Shown in pieces: positions 1 through 12,724 of a stretch of 56,212 bases of DNA. A program made the position numbers and the translations under genes. Source of the DNA: Azolla caroliniana (Eukaryota > Plantae > Polypodiophyta); NCBI GenBank assembly GCA_043228905.1, contig JBHGNT010000191.1, forward strand, positions 1-56,212. Direction: 5' to 3'. The notes beneath the pieces are model-generated. The model was not told the DNA's origin and did no database searches. It was given only the letters and a program-made list of their open reading frames with translations. Each line of letters starts with the position of its first letter. Position 1 is the first letter of the stretch.

Positions 1-219
1 GACAACAAGAAGCAGTATCTTTGGTTGTGGTTATTCGTCAACATTGGTACGACAAATTGGTACACCAACAATTATAGTTTGGATAACTGGATACAATTTC
101 AAAAAATACGCATAGATTGCAGAATAATGGACATTGGTACGATGAGCATTGCACCATGTTTCTTTATTTGTAACAAAGGGCTAGAGTGGTACATTAACTA
201 TTTCATTTACTAAATGAAT

Positions 220-277
220 TCCATTGTAATCAAGTTGCCCCGGATCCTTGCTTTTTACCTGAGACGCCCGGGTACAA
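220..277 (+). pseudogene. Degenerate tRNA-Glu remnant 1 (present in every monomer)
   Basis: TCCATTGTAATCAAGTTGCCCCGGATCCTTGCTTTTTACCTGAGACGCCCGGGTACAA aligns to positions 1-58 of the intact tRNA; the 3' end is deleted. Confidence 0.8.
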
Positions 278-681
278 GTAGATCTATCATATATCATGAG
301 TTAATGTGGCATCGATAAAAGCCCTTGACATTATTCAATGTTAAAAATGAAAGTGTGTTAGAATCATCCTCAGTTTTTTTGTGGATGCTTGCAAACTTAA
401 TCCCATTATTCAATTAATGGGAGAGGTTTCAAATGAAATTTGACAAAACATTAGGTTGTTCGGGACAAGAAGAAACAATATATTTAGTCGTGGTTATTTG
501 TCAACATGGTTACGACAAATTAGTACACCGACAATTATAGTTTGGATAACTTCATAGAGTTTCCCGAAATACGCATAGATTGTAGAATAATGGTGAACTC
601 TCGATCAACATTGCGTCATAGTTCTTTATTTGAAGCAAAGCACTAGAATATTGTATTAACTAATTCATGTACTGAATCAAT

Positions 682-754
682 TCTATTGTAGTCTAGTTGG
701 TTCGGATCCTTGTCTTTTACACGAGACTCCGGGGTACAACAATAGGCATTGGGA
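682..754 (+). pseudogene. Degenerate full-length tRNA-Glu remnant 2 (present in every monomer)
   Basis: TCTATTGTAGTCTAGTTGGTTCGGATCC...GGGGTACAACAATAGGCATTGGGA is colinear with the intact tRNA; the anticodon arm and B box are disrupted. Confidence 0.8.
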
Positions 755-934
755 AAACTAGATACATCATAGATCACTATGTAATGTCGCATCGATAAAA
801 CCCCTTGAAATGATTAAATGTTAAAAACGAGAGCGTGTGAGAGTAATCCTCAGTTTCTTGTTGATGCTTGCGCAATATGTAAATATTATTTATTACTAAT
901 CTATGATTGCAATATATCTATACACAAGATAGGA

Positions 935-958
935 GCCATTGTAATGTAGTTGGTTAGG
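935..958 (+). pseudogene. 5' fragment of tRNA-Glu, remnant 3 (present in every monomer)
   Basis: GCCATTGTAAT(G/C)TAGTTGGTTAGG matches tRNA positions 1-24 and is preceded by a spacer resembling that of the intact gene. Confidence 0.7.
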
Positions 959-1196
959 GACAACATTATGTTGTTCGGGACAACAAGACGCAGTATATTT
1001 GGTTTTGGTTAGTCGTCAACATTGGTACGACAAGTTAGTACACCAACAATTATAGTTTGGATATCACAATACAATTTCAAGCAATACGCATAGATCGCAG
1101 ACTATTGGTCAACTGTCGATGAGCATTGCACCATGTTTCTATATTTGGAGTGAACCACTGGAATATTACATTAACTAAATCATTTACTAAATGAAT

Positions 1197-1226
1197 TCCA
1201 TTGTAGTCTAGCTGGTTCGGATCCTT
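1197..1226 (+). pseudogene. 5' fragment of tRNA-Glu, remnant 4 (present in every monomer)
   Basis: TCCATTGTAGTCTAGCTGGTTCGGATCC followed by a deletion into spacer sequence. Confidence 0.75.
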
Positions 1227-1297
1227 GTTTGCGCAATATATAAATATTATTTATTACGAATCAATGACCGTTACGATAAAAAGCGCACAACATGTGA

Positions 1298-1370
1298 TCC
1301 ATTGTAGTCTAGTTGGTTAGGATACTCGGCTCTCACCCGAGAGACCCGGGTTCAACTCCCGGCAATGGAA
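1298..1370 (+). tRNA. tRNA-Glu(CTC)
   Basis: 73-nt cloverleaf: acceptor stem TCCATTG/CAATGGA plus discriminator A; anticodon arm CTCGG-CT CTC AC-CCGAG; T arm CCGGG-TTCAACT-CCCGG. A and B boxes intact; resembles plant cytosolic tRNA-Glu. Confidence 0.97.
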
Positions 1371-1526
1371 ACGACAATATCATATATTAAATTTCGGACG
1401 CATATCATGTGTTAACTGTTTGACAACTCAAAAACTCAAGACCTAAAGTAGATGTTACGATAATGTGCAATTAAACAAAATAATCAATATTATGTTTGAA
1501 GGATTTGATGACGAACATTAGTTTGA

Positions 1527-1531
1527 TTTTT
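1527..1531 (+). terminator. First T>=4 tract downstream of the tRNA, candidate Pol III terminator (repeated in each monomer)
   Basis: TTTTT about 157 nt after the tRNA 3' end; only T3 runs occur before it. Confidence 0.45.
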
Positions 1532-2919
1532 CTCTCCCAACATCAATTTCTAAACTTAATCCCATTATTCGATTCATGGTAGAGGTTTCAAATGAAATTG
1601 GACAAAACATTATGTCGTTCGGGACAACAAGAAGCAGTATCTTTGGTTGTGGTTATTCGTCAACATTGGTACGACAAATTGGTACACCAACAATTATAGT
1701 TTGGATAACTGGATACAATTTCAAAAAATACGCATAGATTGCAGAATAATGGACATTGGTACGATGAGCATTGCACCATGTTTCTTTATTTGTAACAAAG
1801 GGCTAGAGTGGTACATTAACTATTTCATTTACTAAATGAATTCCATTGTAATCAAGTTGCCCCGGATCCTTGCTTTTTACCTGAGACGCCCGGGTACAAG
1901 TAGATCTATCATATATCATGAGTTAATGTGGCATCGATAAAAGCCCTTGACATTATTCAATGTTAAAAATGAAAGTGTGTTAGAATCATCCTCAGTTTTT
2001 TTGTGGATGCTTGCAAACTTAATCCCATTATTCAATTAATGGGAGAGGTTTCAAATGAAATTTGACAAAACATTAGGTTGTTCGGGACAAGAAGAAACAA
2101 TATATTTAGTCGTGGTTATTTGTCAACATGGTTACGACAAATTAGTACACCGACAATTATAGTTTGGATAACTTCATAGAGTTTCCCGAAATACGCATAG
2201 ATTGTAGAATAATGGTGAACTCTCGATCAACATTGCGTCATAGTTCTTTATTTGAAGCAAAGCACTAGAATATTGTATTAACTAATTCATGTACTGAATC
2301 AATTCTATTGTAGTCTAGTTGGTTCGGATCCTTGTCTTTTACACGAGACTCCGGGGTACAACAATAGGCATTGGGAAAACTAGATACATCATAGATCACT
2401 ATGTAATGTCGCATCGATAAAACCCCTTGAAATGATTAAATGTTAAAAACGAGAGCGTGTGAGAGTAATCCTCAGTTTCTTGTTGATGCTTGCGCAATAT
2501 GTAAATATTATTTATTACTAATCTATGATTGCAATATATCTATACACAAGATAGGAGCCATTGTAATGTAGTTGGTTAGGGACAACATTATGTTGTTCGG
2601 GACAACAAGACGCAGTATATTTGGTTTTGGTTAGTCGTCAACATTGGTACGACAAGTTAGTACACCAACAATTATAGTTTGGATATCACAATACAATTTC
2701 AAGCAATACGCATAGATCGCAGACTATTGGTCAACTGTCGATGAGCATTGCACCATGTTTCTATATTTGAAGTGAACCACTGGAATATTACATTAACTAA
2801 ATCATTTACTAAATGAATTCCATTGTAGTCTAGCTGGTTCGGATCCTTGTTTGCGCAATATATAAATATTATTTATTACGAATCAATGACCGTTACGATA
2901 AAAAGCGCACAACATGTGA

Positions 2920-2992
2920 TCCATTGTAGTCTAGTTGGTTAGGATACTCGGCTCTCACCCGAGAGACCCGGGTTCAACTCCCGGCAATGGAA
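2920..2992 (+). tRNA. tRNA-Glu(CTC)
   Basis: Same sequence as 1298-1370. Confidence 0.97.
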
Positions 2993-4541
2993 ACGACAAT
3001 ATCATATATTAAATTTCGGACGCATATCATGTGTTAACTGTTTGACAACTCAAAAACTCAAGACCTAAAGTAGATGTTACGATAATGTGCAATTAAACAA
3101 AATAATCAATATTATGTTTGAAGGATTTGATGACGAACATTAGTTTGATTTTTCTCTCCCAACATCAATTTCTAAACTTAATCCCATTATTCGATTCATG
3201 GTAGAGGTTTCAAATGAAATTGGACAAAACATTATGTCGTTCGGGACAACAAGAAGCAGTATCTTTGGTTGTGGTTATTCGTCAACATTGGTACGACAAA
3301 TTGGTACACCAACAATTATAGTTTGGATAACTGGATACAATTTCAAAAAATACGCATAGATTGCAGAATAATGGACATTGGTACGATGAGCATTGCACCA
3401 TGTTTCTTTATTTGTAACAAAGGGCTAGAGTGGTACATTAACTATTTCATTTACTAAATGAATTCCATTGTTATCAAGTTGCCCCGGATCCTTGCTTTTT
3501 ACCTGAGACGCCCGGGTACAAGTAGATCTATCATATATCATGAGTTAATGTGGCATCGATAAAAGCCCTTGACATTATTCAATGTTAAAAATGAAAGTGT
3601 GTTAGAATCATCCTCAGTTTTTTTGTGGATGCTTGCAAACTTAATCCCATTATTCAATTAATGGGAGAGGTTTCAAATGAAATTTGACAAAACATTAGGT
3701 TGTTCGGGACAAGAAGAAACAATATATTTAGTCGTGGTTATTTGTCAACATGGTTACGACAAATTAGTACACCGACAATTATAGTTTGGATAACTTCATA
3801 GAGTTTCCCGAAATACGCATAGATTGTAGAATAATGGTGAACTCTCGATCAACATTGCGTCATAGTTCTTTATTTGAAGCAAAGCACTAGAATATTGTAT
3901 TAACTAATTCATGTACTGAATCAATTCTATTGTAGTCTAGTTGGTTCGGATCCTTGTCTTTTACACGAGACTCCGGGGTACAACAATAGGCATTGGGAAA
4001 ACTAGATACATCATAGATCACTATGTAATGTCGCATCGATAAAACCCCTTGAAATGATTAAATGTTAAAAACGAGAGCGTGTGAGAGTAATCCTCAGTTT
4101 CTTGTTGATGCTTGCGCAATATGTAAATATTATTTATTACTAATCTATGATTGCAATATATCTATACACAAGATAGGAGCCATTGTAATGTAGTTGGTTA
4201 GGGACAACATTATGTTGTTCGGGACAACAAGACGCAGTATATTTGGTTTTGGTTAGTCGTCAACATTGGTACGACAAGTTAGTACACCAACAATTATAGT
4301 TTGGATATCACAATACAATTTCAAGCAATACGCATAGATCGCAGACTATTGGTCAACTGTCGATGAGCATTGCACCATGTTTCTATATTTGGAGTGAACC
4401 ACTGGAATATTACATTAACTAAATCATTTACTAAATGAATTCCATTGTAGTCTAGCTGGTTCGGATCCTTGTTTGCGCAATATATAAATATTATTTATTA
4501 CGAATCAATGACCGTTACGATAAAAAGCGCACAACATGTGA

Positions 4542-4614
4542 TCCATTGTAGTCTAGTTGGTTAGGATACTCGGCTCTCACCCGAGAGACCCGGGTTCAAC
4601 TCCCGGCAATGGAA
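4542..4614 (+). tRNA. tRNA-Glu(CTC)
   Basis: Same sequence as 1298-1370. Confidence 0.97.
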
Positions 4615-6163
4615 ACGACAATATCATATATTAAATTTCGGACGCATATCATGTGTTAACTGTTTGACAACTCAAAAACTCAAGACCTAAAGTAGATGTT
4701 ACGATAATGTGCAATTAAACAAAATAATCAATATTATGTTTGAAGGATTTGATGACGAACATTAGTTTGATTTTTCTCTCCCAACATCAATTTCTAAACT
4801 TAATCCCATTATTCGATTCATGGTAGAGGTTTCAAATGAAATTGGACAAAACATTATGTCGTTCGGGACAACAAGAAGCAGTATCTTTGGTTGTGGTTAT
4901 TCGTCAACATTGGTACGACAAATTGGTACACCAACAATTATAGTTTGGATAACTGGATACAATTTCAAAAAATACGCATAGATTGCAGAATAATGGACAT
5001 TGGTACGATGAGCATTGCACCATGTTTCTTTATTTGTAACAAAGGGCTAGAGTGGTACATTAACTATTTCATTTACTAAATGAATTCCATTGTAATCAAG
5101 TTGCCCCGGATCCTTGCTTTTTACCTGAGACGCCCGGGTACAAGTAGATCTATCATATATCATGAGTTAATGTGGCATCGATAAAAGCCCTTGACATTAT
5201 TCAATGTTAAAAATGAAAGTGTGTTAGAATCATCCTCAGTTTTTTTGTGGATGCTTGCAAACTTAATCCCATTATTCAATTAATGGGAGAGGTTTCAAAT
5301 GAAATTTGACAAAACATTAGGTTGTTCGGGACAAGAAGAAACAATATATTTAGTCGTGGTTATTTGTCAACATGGTTACGACAAATTAGTACACCGACAA
5401 TTATAGTTTGGATAACTTCATAGAGTTTCCCGAAATACGCATAGATTGTAGAATAATGGTGAACTCTCGATCAACATTGCGTCATAGTTCTTTATTTGAA
5501 GCAAAGCACTAGAATATTGTATTAACTAATTCATGTACTGAATCAATTCTATTGTAGTCTAGTTGGTTCGGATCCTTGTCTTTTACACGAGACTCCGGGG
5601 TACAACAATAGGCATTGGGAAAACTAGATACATCATAGATCACTATGTAATGTCGCATCGATAAAACCCCTTGAAATGATTAAATGTTAAAAACGAGAGC
5701 GTGTGAGAGTAATCCTCAGTTTCTTGTTGATGCTTGCGCAATATGTAAATATTATTTATTACTAATCTATGATTGCAATATATCTATACACAAGATAGGA
5801 GCCATTGTAATGTAGTTGGTTAGGGACAACATTATGTTGTTCGGGACAACAAGACGCAGTATATTTGGTTTTGGTTAGTCGTCAACATTGGTACGACAAG
5901 TTAGTACACCAACAATTATAGTTTGGATATCACAATACAATTTCAAGCAATACGCATAGATCGCAGACTATTGGTCAACTGTCGATGAGCATTGCACCAT
6001 GTTTCTATATTTGGAGTGAACCACTGGAATATTACATTAACTAAATCATTTACTAAATGAATTCCATTGTAGTCTAGCTGGTTCGGATCCTTGTTTGCGC
6101 AATATATAAATATTATTTATTACGAATCAATGACCGTTACGATAAAAAGCGCACAACATGTGA

Positions 6164-6236
6164 TCCATTGTAGTCTAGTTGGTTAGGATACTCGGCTCTC
6201 ACCCGAGAGACCCGGGTTCAACTCCCGGCAATGGAA
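6164..6236 (+). tRNA. tRNA-Glu(CTC)
   Basis: Same sequence as 1298-1370. Confidence 0.97.
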
Positions 6237-7785
6237 ACGACAATATCATATATTAAATTTCGGACGCATATCATGTGTTAACTGTTTGACAACTCAAAAA
6301 CTCAAGACCTAAAGTAGATGTTACGATAATGTGCAATTAAACAAAATAATCAATATTATGTTTGAAGGATTTGATGACGAACATTAGTTTGATTTTTCTC
6401 TCCCAACATCAATTTCTAAACTTAATCCCATTATTCGATTCATGGTAGAGGTTTCAAATGAAATTGGACAAAACATTATGTCGTTCGGGACAACAAGAAG
6501 CAGTATCTTTGGTTGTGGTTATTCGTCAACATTGGTACGACAAATTGGTACACCAACAATTATAGTTTGGATAACTGGATACAATTTCAAAAAATACGCA
6601 TAGATTGCAGAATAATGGACATTGGTACGATGAGCATTGCACCATGTTTCTTTATTTGTAACAAAGGGCTAGAGTGGTACATTAACTATTTCATTTACTA
6701 AATGAATTCCATTGTAATCAAGTTGCCCCGGATCCTTGCTTTTTACCTGAGACGCCCGGGTACAAGTAGATCTATCATATATCATGAGTTAATGTGGCAT
6801 CGATAAAAGCCCTTGACATTATTCAATGTTAAAAATGAAAGTGTGTTAGAATCATCCTCAGTTTTTTTGTGGATGCTTGCAAACTTAATCCCATTATTCA
6901 ATTAATGGGAGAGGTTTCAAATGAAATTTGACAAAACATTAGGTTGTTCGGGACAAGAAGAAACAATATATTTAGTCGTGGTTATTTGTCAACATGGTTA
7001 CGACAAATTAGTACACCGACAATTATAGTTTGGATAACTTCATAGAGTTTCCCGAAATACGCATAGATTGTAGAATAATGGTGAACTCTCGATCAACATT
7101 GCGTCATAGTTCTTTATTTGAAGCAAAGCACTAGAATATTGTATTAACTAATTCATGTACTGAATCAATTCTATTGTAGTCTAGTTGGTTCGGATCCTTG
7201 TCTTTTACACGAGACTCCGGGGTACAACAATAGGCATTGGGAAAACTAGATACATCATAGATCACTATGTAATGTCGCATCGATAAAACCCCTTGAAATG
7301 ATTAAATGTTAAAAACGAGAGCGTGTGAGAGTAATCCTCAGTTTCTTGTTGATGCTTGCGCAATATGTAAATATTATTTATTACTAATCTATGATTGCAA
7401 TATATCTATACACAAGATAGGAGCCATTGTAATGTAGTTGGTTAGGGACAACATTATGTTGTTCGGGACAACAAGACGCAGTATATTTGGTTTTGGTTAG
7501 TCGTCAACATTGGTACGACAAGTTAGTACACCAACAATTATAGTTTGGATATCACAATACAATTTCAAGCAATACGCATAGATCGCAGACTATTGGTCAA
7601 CTGTCGATGAGCATTGCACCATGTTTCTATATTTGAAGTGAACCACTGGAATATTACATTAACTAAATCATTTACTAAATGAATTCCATTGTAGTCTAGC
7701 TGGTTCGGATCCTTGTTTGCGCAATATATAAATATTATTTATTACGAATCAATGACCGTTACGATAAAAAGCGCACAACATGTGA

Positions 7786-7858
7786 TCCATTGTAGTCTAG
7801 TTGGTTAGGATACTCGGCTCTCACCCGAGAGACCCGGGTTCAACTCCCGGCAATGGAA
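7786..7858 (+). tRNA. tRNA-Glu(CTC)
   Basis: Same sequence as 1298-1370. Confidence 0.97.
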
Positions 7859-9407
7859 ACGACAATATCATATATTAAATTTCGGACGCATATCATGTGT
7901 TAACTGTTTGACAACTCAAAAACTCAAGACCTAAAGTAGATGTTACGATAATGTGCAATTAAACAAAATAATCAATATTATGTTTGAAGGATTTGATGAC
8001 GAACATTAGTTTGATTTTTCTCTCCCAACATCAATTTCTAAACTTAATCCCATTATTCGATTCATGGTAGAGGTTTCAAATGAAATTGGACAAAACATTA
8101 TGTCGTTCGGGACAACAAGAAGCAGTATCTTTGGTTGTGGTTATTCGTCAACATTGGTACGACAAATTGGTACACCAACAATTATAGTTTGGATAACTGG
8201 ATACAATTTCAAAAAATACGCATAGATTGCAGAATAATGGACATTGGTACGATGAGCATTGCACCATGTTTCTTTATTTGTAACAAAGGGCTAGAGTGGT
8301 ACATTAACTATTTCATTTACTAAATGAATTCCATTGTTATCAAGTTGCCCCGGATCCTTGCTTTTTACCTGAGACGCCCGGGTACAAGTAGATCTATCAT
8401 ATATCATGAGTTAATGTGGCATCGATAAAAGCCCTTGACATTATTCAATGTTAAAAATGAAAGTGTGTTAGAATCATCCTCAGTTTTTTTGTGGATGCTT
8501 GCAAACTTAATCCCATTATTCAATTAATGGGAGAGGTTTCAAATGAAATTTGACAAAACATTAGGTTGTTCGGGACAAGAAGAAACAATATATTTAGTCG
8601 TGGTTATTTGTCAACATGGTTACGACAAATTAGTACACCGACAATTATAGTTTGGATAACTTCATAGAGTTTCCCGAAATACGCATAGATTGTAGAATAA
8701 TGGTGAACTCTCGATCAACATTGCGTCATAGTTCTTTATTTGAAGCAAAGCACTAGAATATTGTATTAACTAATTCATGTACTGAATCAATTCTATTGTA
8801 GTCTAGTTGGTTCGGATCCTTGTCTTTTACACGAGACTCCGGGGTACAACAATAGGCATTGGGAAAACTAGATACATCATAGATCACTATGTAATGTCGC
8901 ATCGATAAAACCCCTTGAAATGATTAAATGTTAAAAACGAGAGCGTGTGAGAGTAATCCTCAGTTTCTTGTTGATGCTTGCGCAATATGTAAATATTATT
9001 TATTACTAATCTATGATTGCAATATATCTATACACAAGATAGGAGCCATTGTAATGTAGTTGGTTAGGGACAACATTATGTTGTTCGGGACAACAAGACG
9101 CAGTATATTTGGTTTTGGTTAGTCGTCAACATTGGTACGACAAGTTAGTACACCAACAATTATAGTTTGGATATCACAATACAATTTCAAGCAATACGCA
9201 TAGATCGCAGACTATTGGTCAACTGTCGATGAGCATTGCACCATGTTTCTATATTTGAAGTGAACCACTGGAATATTACATTAACTAAATCATTTACTAA
9301 ATGAATTCCATTGTAGTCTAGTTGGTTCGGATCCTTGTTTGCGCAATATATAAATATTATTTATTACGAATCAATGACCGTTACGATAAAAAGCGCACAA
9401 CATGTGA

Positions 9408-9480
9408 TCCATTGTAGTCTAGTTGGTTAGGATACTCGGCTCTCACCCGAGAGACCCGGGTTCAACTCCCGGCAATGGAA
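9408..9480 (+). tRNA. tRNA-Glu(CTC)
   Basis: Same sequence as 1298-1370. Confidence 0.97.
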
Positions 9481-11029
9481 ACGACAATATCATATATTAA
9501 ATTTCGGACGCATATCATGTGTTAACTGTTTGACAACTCAAAAACTCAAGACCTAAAGTAGATGTTACGATAATGTGCAATTAAACAAAATAATCAATAT
9601 TATGTTTGAAGGATTTGATGACGAACATTAGTTTGATTTTTCTCTCCCAACATCAATTTCTAAACTTAATCCCATTATTCGATTCATGGTAGAGGTTTCA
9701 AATGAAATTGGACAAAACATTATGTCGTTCGGGACAACAAGAAGCAGTATCTTTGGTTGTGGTTATTCGTCAACATTGGTACGACAAATTGGTACACCAA
9801 CAATTATAGTTTGGATAACTGGATACAATTTCAAAAAATACGCATAGATTGCAGAATAATGGACATTGGTACGATGAGCATTGCACCATGTTTCTTTATT
9901 TGTAACAAAGGGCTAGAGTGGTACATTAACTATTTCATTTACTAAATGAATTCCATTGTAATCAAGTTGCCCCGGATCCTTGCTTTTTACCTGAGACGCC
10001 CGGGTACAAGTAGATCTATCATATATCATGAGTTAATGTGGCATCGATAAAAGCCCTTGACATTATTCAATGTTAAAAATGAAAGTGTGTTAGAATCATC
10101 CTCAGTTTTTTTGTGGATGCTTGCAAACTTAATCCCATTATTCAATTAATGGGAGAGGTTTCAAATGAAATTTGACAAAACATTAGGTTGTTCGGGACAA
10201 GAAGAAACAATATATTTAGTCGTGGTTATTTGTCAACATGGTTACGACAAATTAGTACACCGACAATTATAGTTTGGATAACTTCATAGAGTTTCCCGAA
10301 ATACGCATAGATTGTAGAATAATGGTGAACTCTCGATCAACATTGCGTCATAGTTCTTTATTTGAAGCAAAGCACTAGAATATTGTATTAACTAATTCAT
10401 GTACTGAATCAATTCTATTGTAGTCTAGTTGGTTCGGATCCTTGTCTTTTACACGAGACTCCGGGGTACAACAATAGGCATTGGGAAAACTAGATACATC
10501 ATAGATCACTATGTAATGTCGCATCGATAAAACCCCTTGAAATGATTAAATGTTAAAAACGAGAGCGTGTGAGAGTAATCCTCAGTTTCTTGTTGATGCT
10601 TGCGCAATATGTAAATATTATTTATTACTAATCTATGATTGCAATATATCTATACACAAGATAGGAGCCATTGTAATCTAGTTGGTTAGGGACAACATTA
10701 TGTTGTTCGGGACAACAAGACGCAGTATATTTGGTTTTGGTTAGTCGTCAACATTGGTACGACAAGTTAGTACACCAACAATTATAGTTTGGATATCACA
10801 ATACAATTTCAAGCAATACGCATAGATCGCAGACTATTGGTCAACTGTCGATGAGCATTGCACCATGTTTCTATATTTGAAGTGAACCACTGGAATATTA
10901 CATTAACTAAATCATTTACTAAATGAATTCCATTGTAGTCTAGCCGGTTCGGATCCTTGTTTGCGCAATATATAAATATTATTTATTACGAATCAATGAT
11001 CGTTACCATAAAAAGCGCACAACATGTGA

Positions 11030-11102
11030 TCCATTGTAGTCTAGTTGGTTAGGATACTCGGCTCTCACCCGAGAGACCCGGGTTCAACTCCCGGCAATGG
11101 AA
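11030..11102 (+). tRNA. tRNA-Glu(CTC)
   Basis: Same sequence as 1298-1370. Confidence 0.97.
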
Positions 11103-12651
11103 ACGACAATATCATATATTAAATTTCGGACGCATATCATGTGTTAACTGTTTGACAACTCAAAAACTCAAGACCTAAAGTAGATGTTACGATAATGTGC
11201 AATTAAACAAAATAATCAATATTATGTTTGAAGGATTTGATGACGAACATTAGTTTGATTTTTCTCTCCCAACATCAATTTCTAAACTTAATCCCATTAT
11301 TCGATTCATGGTAGAGGTTTCAAATGAAATTGGACAAAACATTATGTCGTTCGGGACAACAAGAAGCAGTATCTTTGGTTGTGGTTATTCGTCAACATTG
11401 GTACGACAAATTGGTACACCAACAATTATAGTTTGGATAACTGGATACAATTTCAAAAAATACGCATAGATTGCAGAATAATGGACATTGGTACGATGAG
11501 CATTGCACCATGTTTCTTTATTTGTAACAAAGGGCTAGAGTGGTACATTAACTATTTCATTTACTAAATGAATTCCATTGTTATCAAGTTGCCCCGGATC
11601 CTTGCTTTTTACCTGAGACGCCCGGGTACAAGTAGATCTATCATATATCATGAGTTAATGTGGCATCGATAAAAGCCCTTGACATTATTCAATGTTAAAA
11701 ATGAAAGTGTGTTAGAATCATCCTCAGTTTTTTTGTGGATGCTTGCAAACTTAATCCCATTATTCAATTAATGGGAGAGGTTTCAAATGAAATTTGACAA
11801 AACATTAGGTTGTTCGGGACAAGAAGAAACAATATATTTAGTCGTGGTTATTTGTCAACATGGTTACGACAAATTAGTACACCGACAATTATAGTTTGGA
11901 TAACTTCATAGAGTTTCCCGAAATACGCATAGATTGTAGAATAATGGTGAACTCTCGATCAACATTGCGTCATAGTTCTTTATTTGAAGCAAAGCACTAG
12001 AATATTGTATTAACTAATTCATGTACTGAATCAATTCTATTGTAGTCTAGTTGGTTCGGATCCTTGTCTTTTACACGAGACTCCGGGGTACAACAATAGG
12101 CATTGGGAAAACTAGATACATCATAGATCACTATGTAATGTCGCATCGATAAAACCCCTTGAAATGATTAAATGTTAAAAACGAGAGCGTGTGAGAGTAA
12201 TCCTCAGTTTCTTGTTGATGCTTGCGCAATATGTAAATATTATTTATTACTAATCTATGATTGCAATATATCTATACACAAGATAGGAGCCATTGTAATC
12301 TAGTTGGTTAGGGACAACATTATGTTGTTCGGGACAACAAGACGCAGTATATTTGGTTTTGGTTAGTCGTCAACATTGGTACGACAAGTTAGTACACCAA
12401 CAATTATAGTTTGGATATCACAATACAATTTCAAGCAATACGCATAGATCGCAGACTATTGGTCAACTGTCGATGAGCATTGCACCATGTTTCTATATTT
12501 GAAGTGAACCACTGGAATATTACATTAACTAAATCATTTACTAAATGAATTCCATTGTAGTCTAGCCGGTTCGGATCCTTGTTTGCGCAATATATAAATA
12601 TTATTTATTACGAATCAATGATCGTTACCATAAAAAGCGCACAACATGTGA

Positions 12652-12724
12652 TCCATTGTAGTCTAGTTGGTTAGGATACTCGGCTCTCACCCGAGAGACC
12701 CGGGTTCAACTCCCGGCAATGGAA
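12652..12724 (+). tRNA. tRNA-Glu(CTC)
   Basis: Same sequence as 1298-1370. Confidence 0.97.

Noticed and set aside
25-213. 62-aa ORF repeated 14 times
   Set aside because: Non-ATG start, no recognisable motif, lies in satellite spacer and is broken by an indel in all right-array monomers.
682-754. Remnants as tRNA-Lys(TTT) or functional tRNA-Glu(TTC)
   Set aside because: The T-rich loop can be explained by decay of a Glu gene; stems and B box are broken. A TTC ancestor cannot be excluded but is unsupported.
1298-1370. Link to tetrapyrrole synthesis via glutamyl-tRNA
   Set aside because: That pathway uses plastid-encoded tRNA-Glu(UUC); this is a cytosolic-type CUC gene.
1298-1531. tRNA-derived SINE
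   Set aside because: Perfect cloverleaf, no poly(A) or simple-repeat tail, no TSDs, and strictly tandem arrangement.
1-1622. CRISPR array or 5S/45S rDNA interpretation of the repeat
   Set aside because: Spacers are not unique, no cas genes, eukaryotic context, and no rRNA sequence recognised.
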